A stretch of 54,762 nucleotides of DNA from Sphingomonadaceae bacterium. Lineage in GTDB: Bacteria > Chloroflexota > UBA6077. A program made the translations under genes and the position numbers. The stretch is taken from the NCBI GenBank assembly GCA_050261575.1, contig JBLNDL010000063.1, forward strand, positions 1 to 54,762, in the 5' to 3' direction. Under the pieces are notes generated by a model, which saw only the letters and a program-made list of their open reading frames with translations, was not told where the DNA came from and did not search any database. Positions 41,732 to 53,031 of the stretch are shown here, in pieces (position 1 is the first letter of the stretch; every line of letters starts with the position of its first letter).

Positions 41732-42451
41732 TCAGATCGCCCTCACGGCCCTCCCGGCTAGCTCCCTCGCCTTGGCCTCGCTCCTCTGAACCACAGACTC
41801 CTGGAAGGCATCCCAGTTCACCTGCTCCCGATAGTCCAGGTGGTACACCACGTTGTCCTCCTGCACCAGACAGTCGCGACCCAGCGCGACGAACAGCCGC
41901 GACAGAAAGGCCGGCTCCCACACCTTATGGGGGGACGATGCCCGGTCCAGCAGGTCGACCGTGGTGCGGTAGTACTCCAGCAGGATCTCACGCACCACTG
42001 CGTCCTGGCAGAAGAGGGCTCCAGGGGTGTAGAGGGGGATCTGGGTGGAGTAGCCGGGAGGGTAGGCTGAGTGGCTGCAGAAGGGGGCGACGAACCCGTA
42101 CATCGGCGAAGCCGAGGCGACATCCAGCAAGCGCACGAGGGAGGAGGAGGGGAGCACGATGTCGTCGTCCATGAAGCAGAGGTGTCTCCCCTTGAGGGCC
42201 TCGAGGATCCGGAGCCGCCCCACGCTGAAGGCCCTCTCACGCTCCCTCAGGTACTCGTAGTTGCACTGGATCCTGCGGTCGATGGCCAGGCGGAGGGCGA
42301 AGGCCACGTCGTCCCGATTGATCACCGGCTTCTCGGCCGTGTCCACGATGTAGATGCGAATATCCTGGACCTGCTGGAGCAGCAGGCTGGAGAGGGTCAT
42401 GCCTAGGGTCGGCTTGCCGCGCGTCAGTATTCCGATTTCGACCTCGGCCAA
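41732..42451 (-). CDS. GT-A / glycosyltransferase family 2-like protein
   Basis: TLSSLLLQ, IYIVD, FMDDD, VYHL; GAGGAGG before TTG 42451. Confidence 0.7.
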   Translation of the reverse strand: MAEVEIGILTRGKPTLGMTLSSLLLQQVQDIRIYIVDTAEKPVINRDDVAFALRLAIDRRIQCNYEYLRERERAFSVGRLRILEALKGRHLCFMDDDIVLPSSSLVRLLDVASASPMYGFVAPFCSHSAYPPGYSTQIPLYTPGALFCQDAVVREILLEYYRTTVDLLDRASSPHKVWEPAFLSRLFVALGRDCLVQEDNVVYHLDYREQVNWDAFQESVVQRSEAKARELAGRAVRAI

Positions 42452-42574
42452 GGTGGCCTCCTCGACTGAAAGGGTGGGCAGAGTGGCCAGGATGGCGGCG
42501 GCGCAGCAGCCGCCGTGGGATTCTGGGGTAGTTGATGATCGCGAGTGTAACACGTTTCGGGCATGACACCAAGT

Positions 42575-42603
42575 TTGCCGCTGTGTTGGGCGTGTGTTAT
42601 AAT
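42575..42603 (+). promoter_or_regulatory. sigma70-type promoter of secG
   Basis: TTGCCG, 17 nt, TG-n-TATAAT. Confidence 0.8.
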
Positions 42604-42635
42604 CCCGGCTGCCCGAACTACTGGAGGTGCGTCAC

Positions 42636-42857
42636 TTGCAGACCTATCTAAACCTGGTGCAGATCCTTCTCTCCATCGTGCTGATCCTGGTGGTGCTCCT
42701 CCAGGCTAAGGGATCCGGCATTGGTGGGGCGTTCGGCACCGAGACGTCGGCGTACCGTAGCCGCCGGGGAGTCGAGCGGACCCTGTTCAACTTCACCATC
42801 GTCCTGTCGGTGCTGTTCGTGTTGATCAGCATCGTGTCGGTGAAGTTCTTCTCCTAA
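42636..42857 (+). CDS. secG: preprotein translocase subunit SecG
   Basis: VLLQAKGSGIGGAFG, RRGVERTLFNFT. Confidence 0.93.
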   Translation: MQTYLNLVQILLSIVLILVVLLQAKGSGIGGAFGTETSAYRSRRGVERTLFNFTIVLSVLFVLISIVSVKFFS

Positions 42858-42963
42858 CCTTTCCGGCATCGGTCGAATCCGCTTGTTTCTCGTCGCCCGG
42901 TCCCGGACTGGGCAACTGCTTTTTTGTCCCCACGACCCTTGCCTGAGCGGAGTGCAGGTTTCG

Positions 42964-44649
42964 ATGAACCCGAGGGCACGTGATGGTGGCAGAAGAGGGC
43001 CCGGCCGACGGCCGCTGCTGGTTGCCGTTGCCTTGATAGCCGTCCTGGTGCCCGTCCTCGCCGCCCGCCTGCCCAGGGAAACCACCATGGTGACGGTTCC
43101 CGACACCGGCGGCGCCTACGTCGAGGCCGTGGTGGGAAACCCCAACTACCTGAACCCGATCCTCCTGCAGTTCAACCAGGTGGACCGGGACCTCTCGGCC
43201 CTTCTCTTCACCGGTCTCACCCGCTTCGACGAGAACGGCATGATCGTCCCGGATCTGGCCGAAAGGTGGGACGTCGGAGACGGCGGCAAGATGTACGACT
43301 TCTACCTGCGCAGGGACGTCCGCTGGCACGACCGCACCCCCTTCACCTCCGACGACGTGGTGTTCACCATCAAGGCAATCCAGGCGGACGATTTCCAAGG
43401 TAGCCCGGAGGTCGCCGAGCTGTGGCGCAGCGTCACGGTGGAAGCAGCCGGGGATTACGGTGTCCGATTCACCCTGAAAGAGCCATTTGCCCCCTTCTTG
43501 GAGTACACCAGCGTGGGCATCCTGCCTCGTCACCTGTACTCCGACTCGGTCGGCAAGGAGATGCTGAACAGCCCCTACAACCTCCGGCCGATCGGGACCG
43601 GTCCATTCAAGCTCACCAAGATCACGGGCGAGGGCATCGTCCTGGAGCCACACGCCGACTACTACGGCCCGGCGCCGCGGCTGTCTCAGCTTCGCTTCCG
43701 ATTCTACACGGATTACTCCAGCGCCCTTGCGGCCCTGGAGAAGGGCGAGGTGGACGGCCTTCCGTATCTGGATCCCAAGGATGCCGTGAGGCTTGGCTCC
43801 GATGAGAAGTTGGCCGTCTACTCTGCCCCGGACTACCTGCGCTACGCCGTCCTCTTCCTGAACAACTCCATTCAGCCCTTCGCTGACAAGGCCGTGCGCC
43901 AGGCGGCGGCCCATGCCATCGACAAGGAGAGGCTCGTCAAGACGGTGATGGATGGCCAGGCGGTGCCCGGCAAGGGGCCGGTGTCGCCTGGCTCCTGGGC
44001 TTTCAACCCCAAAGCCAAGAGCTACGACTACGACCCTCAGAAGGCGGTGCAACTGCTGGAGGCGGCCGGCTGGCGCGACTCCAACGGCGACGGGATCCGG
44101 GACAAAGACGGGCAGGCCCTCTCGTTCGTGATCCTGACCAACGACAACCGGCGGCGGATCAAGACTGGCGAGCTGGTAGCCGAGGATCTGAGGAAGGTGG
44201 GATTCAAGACCGAGGTGCAGGCCTTGCCATGGGCCGATCTACTGAGAGAGTACATGGCGCCGCGCACTTTCCTGGGGACGATCGCCGAGCAGTGGCTGCT
44301 TACTGCCGATCCCGATCTGTACAGCCTGTGGCACTCCGGCCAGATCGGCGGGGGAGGCTTCAACTTCTCGGGCCTGTCCAACGAGCGGATAGACAAGCTG
44401 CTGGAGGAGGCCCGCCACACGGTGGACAGGAGCCGCAGGACCCAGCTCTACGCCGAGTTTCAGGATCTGTGGGCTGAAGAGATCCCAAGCATCATCCTCT
44501 ACTATCCTCGGTTCGGCTGGGCGGTGAACCGCAACATAAGGGACGCCCGTCTGTCCGCGCTCATCGACGGCAGCTCCCGCTTCCGCCACGTCTCGGAGTG
44601 GTACGTCAAAACGAAGCAGGTCCCGGCGACGCCGGCCGAGAGAAAGTGA
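42964..44649 (+). CDS. peptide ABC transporter substrate-binding protein (family 5)
   Basis: PDLAERW, WHD.TPFTSDDVVFT, PIGTGPFK, VRQAAAHAIDK. Confidence 0.92.
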   Translation: MNPRARDGGRRGPGRRPLLVAVALIAVLVPVLAARLPRETTMVTVPDTGGAYVEAVVGNPNYLNPILLQFNQVDRDLSALLFTGLTRFDENGMIVPDLAERWDVGDGGKMYDFYLRRDVRWHDRTPFTSDDVVFTIKAIQADDFQGSPEVAELWRSVTVEAAGDYGVRFTLKEPFAPFLEYTSVGILPRHLYSDSVGKEMLNSPYNLRPIGTGPFKLTKITGEGIVLEPHADYYGPAPRLSQLRFRFYTDYSSALAALEKGEVDGLPYLDPKDAVRLGSDEKLAVYSAPDYLRYAVLFLNNSIQPFADKAVRQAAAHAIDKERLVKTVMDGQAVPGKGPVSPGSWAFNPKAKSYDYDPQKAVQLLEAAGWRDSNGDGIRDKDGQALSFVILTNDNRRRIKTGELVAEDLRKVGFKTEVQALPWADLLREYMAPRTFLGTIAEQWLLTADPDLYSLWHSGQIGGGGFNFSGLSNERIDKLLEEARHTVDRSRRTQLYAEFQDLWAEEIPSIILYYPRFGWAVNRNIRDARLSALIDGSSRFRHVSEWYVKTKQVPATPAERK

Positions 44650-44652
44650 CGG

Positions 44653-44722
44653 ATCCGCAGATGTCGCAGATCGAGGCAGATGGGTGCTCTCTGGACCGGC
44701 ATCTGCGGGCATCTGCGTAGAT
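44653..44722. repeat. palindromic GCAGAT/ATCTGC REP-like element
   Basis: CGCAGATGTCGCAGAT...ATCTGCGGGCATCTGCG just after a stop codon. Confidence 0.55.
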
Positions 44723-44783
44723 CCGCGGATCGGTTCCGTTAGGCGTTCCAAGCGCTGGTGGCGGGGAATAGAGCAGCGGGGAG

Positions 44784-45392
44784 GTGCCTCCCGTGAACGA
44801 GTGGTTGGGGAGGAACCGCGCCAACCTTGCGGCCTTTCTGGTGGTGCTCGTCACGCTCGGGGCGGTGGGTCTGCTCCAGACGCCTCGCCGTACGGCACTC
44901 CAGGTAGTCTCCCCTGCCACGCCCCCGGCGCCCCCTTCCATCAAGGTCCACGTCGTCGGCGCCGTGCCCGCCCCTGGCGTCTATCAGTTGCCCGCCGACG
45001 CCCGCGTGGAGGATGCCCTGAAGGCGGCGGGTGGCCCCTGTGACGGAGTCGGCCTCGACTCATTGAACCTGGCGGCGCCGCTGCGCGATGGCCAGCAGGT
45101 TGTTATCCCGGCTGCGGGAGACGCGGCGGCCAACGCTCCTCTCTACTCCCCTCCGGCGTCCCTTTCCCCGGGTTCATCCCCATCCATGTCCCCGAGCGCC
45201 AAGCTGGACCTCAACAGCGCCTCACAAAGCGAGTTGGAGGCGCTGCCCGGCATCGGGCCCGTCACGGCGCGGAAGATCCTCGAGTACCGGGCGAGGAACG
45301 GTCGCTTCGTGTCGATCGAGGAGCTCAGGGGTGCAAAGCTGGTCAACGCCCCGACGTACGAGCGAGTCAAGGATCTGGTGGAGATTCGGTAG
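44784..45392 (+). CDS. comEA: ComEA family DNA-binding protein
   Basis: TM, SLBB (VHVVGAVPAPGVY, LNLAAPLRDG), HhH (LNSAS..ELEALPGIGP). Confidence 0.93.
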   Translation: MPPVNEWLGRNRANLAAFLVVLVTLGAVGLLQTPRRTALQVVSPATPPAPPSIKVHVVGAVPAPGVYQLPADARVEDALKAAGGPCDGVGLDSLNLAAPLRDGQQVVIPAAGDAAANAPLYSPPASLSPGSSPSMSPSAKLDLNSASQSELEALPGIGPVTARKILEYRARNGRFVSIEELRGAKLVNAPTYERVKDLVEIR

Positions 45393-45490
45393 GGATGCCG
45401 CCTGTCCGCGTCGAGGGCGCACACGCAGCGCGGAGCGAGTGAACACAGCCTCGCGGGCATGGCCCTCCTCCAAGGTATCGACAGTCGTCG

Positions 45491-46774
45491 TCAGTGTCGG
45501 AGGGCGAAGTACGCCAGGCCGGCGACGGCCACGCTGAGGACCACCAACAGCGTCTGCCAGGGCAGGGAGAGGGCCACCAGGGCACAGGCGAGGAGCCCGG
45601 CGGCCGGCACCCCGGCCGGATAGAGCCGCCGATCGGGTGGCAGCCGGAGGGCGCTGAGGTTCATGATCCAGTAGTACGCAAGCAGGGCCAGGCTGCTCGC
45701 CTCCAGCGCCGGCCTCAGGTCCGTCGTGGCCGTCAACGCCAGGAGCAGCGCGCCCGTTCCCCGGATGGCGTTGCTGGGGATCCGCCGGGGCTCGGAGAGC
45801 CGGCCCAGCCAACCCGGGAGGTCGCCGTTGCGAGCCATGGCGAAAGCCAGGCGCGAGACTCCCCAGATCTCCGTCAGCAGCACAGCGGAGGACGCAAGGA
45901 GAGCGCCCACCGAGATCATCGGCGGCCCGATGGGGTTGCCTGCCCAGGTCATCGCCTGCCTGAGGGGCGCGCCGGAAGCGCCGAGCCGTTCGGGCCCGAG
46001 CACGCCGAGGGCGGCGAATGCCACGCCTAGATAGAGCAGGGTTGCCACGCCGATGGCCGCGGGAACGGCTCTGGGCAGGGTTCTGCCCGGGTCCAGCACC
46101 TCCTCTGCGACGGTCACGGGGCGCGCGTAGCCGGTGTAGGCGAAGAAGAGCAGCGCGCCGGCCCTAAGTAGCTCGACCGGTCCGCCGAGGAGGAAAGGCT
46201 GGAGACGGGTTGGCTGGAAGCTGGGCAGCGCCAACGCAACGAACGCCAGCAGGATGGCTATGTTGATTAATACCAGGACTCCGTTGGCCCGGCTGGAGAT
46301 TCGGACGCCGAGCAGGTTGACTGCCACAGCTCCGGCCACTAGGGCGAGACCGACGGCGCGAGGCGGGATGCCGGGGAAGAGCGGCTCGAGGTAGGCGGCG
46401 AAGGTGAATGCGTAGGTCGCCCCGGCGGACAGGGCTGCGAACAGAAAGAGCCAGCCTGCCAGGAATCCCACCGCCGGTGCGACGAGGCGGCGGGCGAACT
46501 GGTAGGCGCCGCCGGCGCGTGGGTCGTACGCGCCCAGCTCCGCCGAGCTGAGGCCGTTGAGGGTGGCCACCACGGCCCCCACCGCCACCGCAATCACCAG
46601 GGAGCCGCCGGTGGTGGCGGCCGCCTCGCCCATGGAGACGTAGACGCCGGCACCGAGCATCGCTCCCAGCGCCAGCGCCACCGTTTGAACGAGGCCGAGC
46701 TGCCTGACGGGCCTCAACGGAGGAGATACCCAACCATCTGCATCCCTGATCGGATCTAATGCTGGATAGACCAA
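45491..46774 (-). CDS. APC family amino acid permease
   Basis: GAMLGAGVY, AGGAYQF, FFAYTGY, AEEVLDP; true start probably slightly downstream. Confidence 0.9.
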   Translation of the reverse strand: MVYPALDPIRDADGWVSPPLRPVRQLGLVQTVALALGAMLGAGVYVSMGEAAATTGGSLVIAVAVGAVVATLNGLSSAELGAYDPRAGGAYQFARRLVAPAVGFLAGWLFLFAALSAGATYAFTFAAYLEPLFPGIPPRAVGLALVAGAVAVNLLGVRISSRANGVLVLINIAILLAFVALALPSFQPTRLQPFLLGGPVELLRAGALLFFAYTGYARPVTVAEEVLDPGRTLPRAVPAAIGVATLLYLGVAFAALGVLGPERLGASGAPLRQAMTWAGNPIGPPMISVGALLASSAVLLTEIWGVSRLAFAMARNGDLPGWLGRLSEPRRIPSNAIRGTGALLLALTATTDLRPALEASSLALLAYYWIMNLSALRLPPDRRLYPAGVPAAGLLACALVALSLPWQTLLVVLSVAVAGLAYFALRH

Positions 46775-47014
46775 GCGGCACGATCCGTACCGTGTGGGAC
46801 CTGGTAGCCTGGCTCGGGCGTGTTTGAGACGCCCGGAACTGTAACGCCTTTGTTAGCCTGCCGACCGATCCAATGGTGTAGGATGAACTGCCAACGTTCG
46901 GCCGGTCTTGGCCGGCAGGCAGCGATGATGCTGCATCGGAGACCGGTTCCAGTTGCACTTCCGCAGCGGGCTTCCGCACCCGAAAGGGCACCTGGAACCC
47001 AGTAGGAGAAGGAC

Positions 47015-48535
47015 ATGGTCGTCGCTTCTAGTAGAATCCTTGCACCGAGTCTGCGCAGCAAGTTGATGCCGGCTGAGGATGCGGCTGCTCTCATTCCTGC
47101 CGGCGTCAACGTGGGAATGAGTGGATTCACCGGATCAGGGTACCCGAAGGCGGTGCCGACGGCGCTGGCGAAACGGATCGCCGAGGCCAACAACGCCGGC
47201 AAGCGTTTCAGGATCGGCGTGTGGACTGGAGCCTCGACGGCGCCCGAGCTGGACGGAGCGCTCGCGCAGGTGGATGGGATCGAGCTGCGCCTTCCATACC
47301 AGTCTGACCCGACCTGTCGCGAGCGGATCAACTCGGGCAGAATGGAGTACGTCGACATTCATCTGAGTCATGTCGCTCAGTCCGTCTGGTTCGGCTTCCT
47401 GGGCAAGCTGGATTTCGCGGTCATCGAGGTCGCGGGCATCCTGCCGGACGGGAGACTGATCCCCTCGTCGTCTGTCGGCAACAACAAGACCTGGATCGAG
47501 CAGGCCGACAAGGTGATCCTGGAGGTCAACTCCTGGCAGAGCGACCATCTGGAGGGGATGCACGACATCTACTACGGCACACGGCGGCCGCCGTATCGCC
47601 AGCCCATCCCCATCACCCGGCCCGGCGATCGCATCGGGACTCCCTACCTCACCTGTCCTGCGGAGAAGATCGTGGCGGTCGTGGAGACTCACGCGCCGGA
47701 CAGGAACTCCCCCTTCACCCCGCCCGACGAGAACTCTCGCAGGATAGCGGGCCACATCCTGGATTTCCTGGCGCACGAGATCAAGAAGGGGCGGATGCCG
47801 GAGCCGCTGCTCCCGCTGCAGTCGGGAGTGGGCAACATCGCCAACGCCGTCCTCGCGGGCCTGATGGATGGCCCCTTCGACAACCTCACGGCCTATACAG
47901 AGGTGATCCAGGACGGCATGATAGAGCTAATGAAAGCGGGCAAGCTGCTGACCGCCTCGGCAACCGCCTTCTCCCTCAGTAGCGACATGGTCAACTATCT
48001 GAACGCCCACATGGAGGAGTACCGCAAGAAGATCGTGCTTCGCCCCCAGGAGATCAGCAACCACCCGGAGGTGATCCGCCGGCTGGGCTGCCTGGCGATG
48101 AACGGCATGATCGAGGCGGACATCTACGGAAACGTCAACTCGACCCACGTGATGGGCACCAGGATGATGAACGGCATCGGTGGATCCGGCGACTTCGCCC
48201 GAAACGCCTACATCTCCTTCTTCATGACGCCGTCGGTGGCGAAGGGCGGCGCCATCTCCTGCATCGTGCCGATGGTGTCTCACGTGGATCATACCGAGCA
48301 CGACGTCCAGGTGATCGTGACGGAGCAGGGACTGGCCGACCTTCGCGGGCTCTCGCCGAGGCAACGCGCGCAGCGGATCATCGAGAACTGCGCGCACCCA
48401 GACTACCGGCCGGCGCTGCGGGAGTACTACCGGCGTGCCCTTGAGTCCTCGCCCGGTAAGCAGACCCCGCATCTACTGGAAGAGGCGTTCGGCTGGCACC
48501 TGCGCTTCCTGAGGACGGGGACGATGAGGGGGTAG
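47015..48535 (+). CDS. acetyl-CoA hydrolase / succinate CoA-transferase
   Basis: GMSGFTGSGYPKAVP, QSGVGNIANA, YTEVIQD, NGIGGSGDF. Confidence 0.95.
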   Translation: MVVASSRILAPSLRSKLMPAEDAAALIPAGVNVGMSGFTGSGYPKAVPTALAKRIAEANNAGKRFRIGVWTGASTAPELDGALAQVDGIELRLPYQSDPTCRERINSGRMEYVDIHLSHVAQSVWFGFLGKLDFAVIEVAGILPDGRLIPSSSVGNNKTWIEQADKVILEVNSWQSDHLEGMHDIYYGTRRPPYRQPIPITRPGDRIGTPYLTCPAEKIVAVVETHAPDRNSPFTPPDENSRRIAGHILDFLAHEIKKGRMPEPLLPLQSGVGNIANAVLAGLMDGPFDNLTAYTEVIQDGMIELMKAGKLLTASATAFSLSSDMVNYLNAHMEEYRKKIVLRPQEISNHPEVIRRLGCLAMNGMIEADIYGNVNSTHVMGTRMMNGIGGSGDFARNAYISFFMTPSVAKGGAISCIVPMVSHVDHTEHDVQVIVTEQGLADLRGLSPRQRAQRIIENCAHPDYRPALREYYRRALESSPGKQTPHLLEEAFGWHLRFLRTGTMRG

Positions 48536-48561
48536 GCGCCGGAGCGGTCCGCCGTCTCTGC

Positions 48562-48649
48562 GAGAGGGAGAGGGTCTCCCTCTCCCTCTGGGAGGGGCCG
48601 ACCGAGCGGCGCGGGCGCGGGAGAGGGCTGCGTCCCAAGCCCTCACCCC
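48562..48649. repeat. CCTCTCCC/GGGAGAGG palindromic REP-like cluster
   Basis: CCTCTCCCTCTGGGAGGGG, GGGAGAGGG, CCCTCACCCC between convergent genes. Confidence 0.55.
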
Positions 48650-48729
48650 GTCAACAGGTGAACAAACCCGTTGGCATGTTCACCTGGTCACGCCTCTCCC
48701 CGCTGGGATGCCGAGCGGTCGCGTCCCCG

Positions 48730-49615
48730 CTACCTCTGCACGACGACAGCCACGGTGTGTCTCTGGGCGGGTGGCTCGCTCTCCCACGGCCGCCTGTAGC
48801 TGAACCCGATGGCCGCGTTGCCGGGGTTGACGGCTTCGAAGGTCCACACCTCCTCGGCGGGCGCGCCAGCGACCGGCGGCTGGCCCGGCGACGAGGTCTG
48901 TACCCTGACCGTGGAGCCCACGAGCTTCACCACGCTCTCGTTGGGCGGCCAGCTCAGCTCCCACTTGAAGCCGGTGGTGGGGTTGGACTTCAGCACCACG
49001 TCGAACCTCTCGCCCACCTTCACCTTCTTCTGCTCGGCCTGGGCTTGGAGGTACTCCGCGGGCAGCATCGCGTACCAGAAGTTCGTGCCGAAGCCCTGGT
49101 CGTCCACCCCTACCCACTGCTGTTCGATGGTCGGGGTGGTGCCGGTGCACCTCCAGGAGTAGACGGTGTCGTGGCCCGTCACCGCGGCCGGGATGAAGTC
49201 GGAGTCCGGATTCGCCGCCGGGCGAGTCGACGTTGCCGACGGCAGCGCAGTAGGCGAACGGGTCGGAGTAGACCTGCTTCGCATTCGTCGTCGACTCCCA
49301 TGGGAAGCGCTCGCTGTTGGGTCGGCTCTGCAGCCCCTGCGGGCCGTTGATCCAGGTTCGACTGCCGTCGGTGAAGGCCGTCCAATTGTCCGCCTTGCGC
49401 CACACCATCAGCCCCTTGGTGGTCTGTTGGAGTGCGTCCCCGTTGAGCGGGTTGTGGTGCTCGTTCTCGATTGGTTGCCCGACGATGTCGGGGATCATCC
49501 CCGCCAGGGTCCGGAAGCCGAGCTTGAACTCCGGCTGCTGCTGGGCCGAGGCAACGCCGCCGATGGCGAGGATGGAGACCAGGACTGTAACCAGGAGACA
49601 CAACACGCCTTTCAT
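48730..49615 (-). pseudogene. secreted multidomain protein ending in an I42 (chagasin) inhibitor domain, frameshifted near 49215
   Basis: Signal peptide and QQTTKGLMVWRKADNWTAFTDG domain in one frame; NPDSDFIPAAVTG...SNPTTGFKW...YRRPWE in another. Confidence 0.75.
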
Positions 49616-49763
49616 CACGATACCTCCTCTGATCTGCCGCAGCATCGAGAATAGTAACGACCTGATTGCCAATCCGAGAGCGATGCCTCCCAACCTCCCC
49701 GGTCCGGGGACGCGCCACGTGGAAGCCCGCCAGGGGCTCTTCACGTTGCGAAACTGTAAGGGG

Positions 49764-50201
49764 TCAGCCTCCGACGCGATGCCACAGCCACATAGCCCCG
49801 CCGCCCACCACGACGCCGGCCAGGAACAACATCCAATCGCCGTCGGCACCCCAAGCGGCAGCCGTACCCATCAGGCCGGCGGTCGGCCCGGGTGGTTGGT
49901 AGACGATCACGCCCAGGCAGAGCAGCAGCGCTGCCGCAACGCCCACCAACTGCAGCCTCTGCCTGAGCACCCACCCCATCCGCGGGAAGGCCTGCGCGGC
50001 CCGGCCGATGGGCCTCTCAGGCGAGAGCGAGCCGAGGTGCATCTCCACGAACTCCATCGCCTGGCTCAACCGGGTGAAGCCGCGCTGGGATCGGCTCTGC
50101 ACGTGCCGGATACTTCCCCTTCGCTCGCCGGGCTCCTCCTCCCAGATGCGGAGGACGAAGGACTGCGTGCTGTCCTCGGACGCAAGCATGGGATCGTTCA
50201 T
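49764..50201 (-). CDS. small SFVLRIW-motif protein with two C-terminal TM segments
   Basis: SFVLRIWEE...RGSIRHVQS...F..L; GGGAG RBS. Confidence 0.7.
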   Translation of the reverse strand: MNDPMLASEDSTQSFVLRIWEEEPGERRGSIRHVQSRSQRGFTRLSQAMEFVEMHLGSLSPERPIGRAAQAFPRMGWVLRQRLQLVGVAAALLLCLGVIVYQPPGPTAGLMGTAAAWGADGDWMLFLAGVVVGGGAMWLWHRVGG

Positions 50202-50335
50202 GGCTTCACTCCCCCCCGAGGTGTGCCCATCGCCCCCACCCCGGGCTGCGGTATCCTCTTCTACGTTGCGCACACCATACCGGCGGTAGCCTCCTTCGTC
50301 GGCGTGTCACCGAGCGTGTCACTACCTGAGCTTTT

Positions 50336-51355
50336 CTATGTCTTCGGGATGAGCCTGCTCAGGGTCTGTCGGGCTGCCTGCAGCAACCTCATCGACTCTC
50401 CAGACCTCCCCTCGGCCATCGCGATCTCGGCTCGCAGCAGCGCGGCCTGGCTGCTGATCAGGGGATCGGCGCCCATGGCCTCGGCGGCAGCGCATGCGGC
50501 CCTCGCCTCCCGGTAGCGGCGCTTCTGCACCAACTCCGAGGCTCGCTGGAGCTGCGCGGCAGCGGCCTGGGGGGTTCCCTTGGTTATCATTTCGAACAGC
50601 AACTGAGTCTGCGAGGACGGAGACACACCGATCTCCGCGGCGAGCGCTGCCGAGCGCTGCTTGTACACCCGCAGGGCGGATGAGCGGTCGCCGACCCGCA
50701 GATACACCGTCATCAGTGCGCGGTAGCTGCGCTCCCGCAGGGGATCTGCCTCGATGAGCCTGCTCAGGGTGTGAACCGCATCCGAAAGGTGGTTGGAGTC
50801 GATCTGCGCCCGGGCCAGGGTCCAGAGACCCTCCATGTAGAGGAGCTGCAGCCGCTCGCGCTCCACCAGCAGCCATTCCTCGAAGAGGGGCGCATCCCGG
50901 ACCACCAGCCCCTCCAGCAACTCGCCCCGATACAGGAGTAGCAGCGCGGCGAAGGCGGCCAGATCGGCCGGGGGTTGGCCTCCTTTCGCGCCCACCCCCT
51001 GCCGGCGAAGCCCGCGCGAGAACTCCTGTGCATCTACCCAAGCGCCCTCGTCCACGTTGAACCAGCATGCCTGGTCGTCCGCCTAGATGTGGTCCCTGCC
51101 TAGGATCTTCCGAAGCTCCCACAGGGTGTGCCGGAGCCGGTATCGGGATGCCTCCTCCGACTTGTCGGTCCAGAATGTGCCCGCCAACTTCGGTCGGGGA
51201 ACCCGGTCCGGGGCGTTCATGGCCAGGTAGGCCATCAACGCAAGCGGCTTGGGCCCGATCTCCGATGTCAGGTTGGTGCCCTGCTTCAGGAGCTGGGGGC
51301 GCCCGAGCATCCGAAACTCGAGGTCGGGCCGGAGGACCGTGCTATCCGTGCTCAT
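50336..51355 (-). pseudogene. SARP/BTAD transcriptional regulator with an in-frame TAG at 51083-51085
   Basis: wHTH (ALMAYLA, LRHTLWELRK) and BTAD (YRGELLEG, FEEWL, DPLRE) share a frame across one stop. Confidence 0.85.
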
Positions 51356-52448
51356 GGCTTGCCCTCCTCTTTCCTCTCCAGCCTTTCTCCCAGACTGCTC
51401 CAGAGGCTGGGCTTGGATGGTGTGGCCTCCCGGGCGGAGAGGACCTCTCCCAGGCGAGCCCACACCGGCTCGGTCTCTGGCGGGAGGATGGAGCGGAGGT
51501 AGGACATACAGTAGACCCCCACGTCCCGGCGCAGTAGGTCCATCTCCTGGCGAAGGGCAGCGATCTGCTGCGCCAGCTCGCCCCGCAATCCGGCGTCCGG
51601 GGTCAGGGCCTGGACCTTGAGCTTCAGCCCCAGCCGGGCCTGGAGCTGCAGGAATGCCTTCACCTGCTCCCTCTTCCGCTGCCCGAAGCGCGCGCCTATA
51701 GGCTCCAGCAGGATGTCCAGGTCCTCCATCTTCTGGATGACGGCCGACTCGACGGAGGAGACCCCTGCCTCCAGCCCGAGGGTCTGCTGGAGCCAGATCC
51801 TCTCCTCGCGGAGCCCACAGAGGATGAAGGCGGCGGTGAGCGCGAGGCCACCGAACCCGATGCCCATAGCGGCCAGCAGGGTGACCGCCCCCTCGCTCCC
51901 CATGACGGCGTTGTTGTAGCCCATGTGCAGGGCGATGGCGGCCGACCACCCCAGCAGCAGCGACCCGACCCGGCTGGGCCCTCGGGTGAATCGGAGCCTG
52001 CGAGGGCCACGCCCACTAGGACGCTGGCGCTGCCGTGCATGAGGGCGGTGGAGAACGCGCGGCCGAGGGCCACCGATATTTCGGCCTCCTCACCTAGGCG
52101 GCCGAGATAGAGCAGGTTCTCCAGGACGGCGAAGGCGGTGCCGGAGGCGAAGCCGTAGATGGCGCCATCCACGAAATAGGTGAACTGCGGTCGCCGAACC
52201 AGGTAGACCAGCGCTAGCGACTTCAGGAACTCCTCCACCACCGGCGCGACCACGGTGGTCAGGATGGTGAAGCCGACGGCGCTGAGGACGAAGCTGTTGA
52301 CCTGAAGGGCGCCGTAGAAGGCCACAAGGCCCCACGCAAGGCAGAGGAGCACCGTCCGGAAGCTGCCCGAGGCGTACAGGTCCAGCCACCGGACGAGGTA
52401 TAGGAAGGCGAGCGGAATCGCCACAGCTACAGCAACGGCTGCGACCAC
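51352..52448 (-). pseudogene. PrsW family intramembrane protease, 1-nt deletion near 52001
   Basis: APVVEEFLK, FAVLEN, MHG; adding one G restores ALGRLRFTRG...AIALHMGYN with the last His ligand. Confidence 0.85.
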
Positions 52449-53031
52449 GGCTGTCGGCTCCTAGGCGAAAGCTGACCGAGGGATTGAGAGAGAAGAAGAA
52501 CCTGCAGGCAGAGTCTGCACGCACCACGTTGCTTCTGCAATGTAGATTGGCATAATGTGCGGGCATTCAATACCTTCAGCAAACTGGCCCGGAGTCCCTT
52601 CGTCACAGACGGTGGTCTCTTGCCGCCCGTGGCCGACTGCCCTGATCCCATCCGGTACCATGGCAAGTGCGTGCTTCCTTAGCAGGAGTTGCATTGCGCT
52701 CATGGATCGTCCTGCAGTCGCGGGCCTTATGCCCGCGCGTCCACGTGCTGCGAGGCGCCTCCGTCCTCACGAGGACGCGCACCCGTGAAGGGTGCTGCCA
52801 CAACCTGGGCTCGACCGCGCAAGTCCTGTCTTGCGTGGTGCATGCAACCGTCTTGCGCCTGGTCACCGCGGCGAAGCCGGAGTCCACTACCCGTCGTGCC
52901 CCCGCAGTCGGGAATCCAGGGCCACTGCGCGACGGTAGGATGGCCGATTCTGCGGGCATGGCCGAACACACGGCAATCGCAGAACGACGCGGAGAGCTTT
53001 CGGAGTGCCGGGTGGATCCGGTGGAGGGTGA

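Noticed and set aside
51083..51085. Pyrrolysine or programmed readthrough at the BTAD TAG
   Set aside because: No pyl genes in view, many genes here end in TAG, and neighbouring genes are also broken
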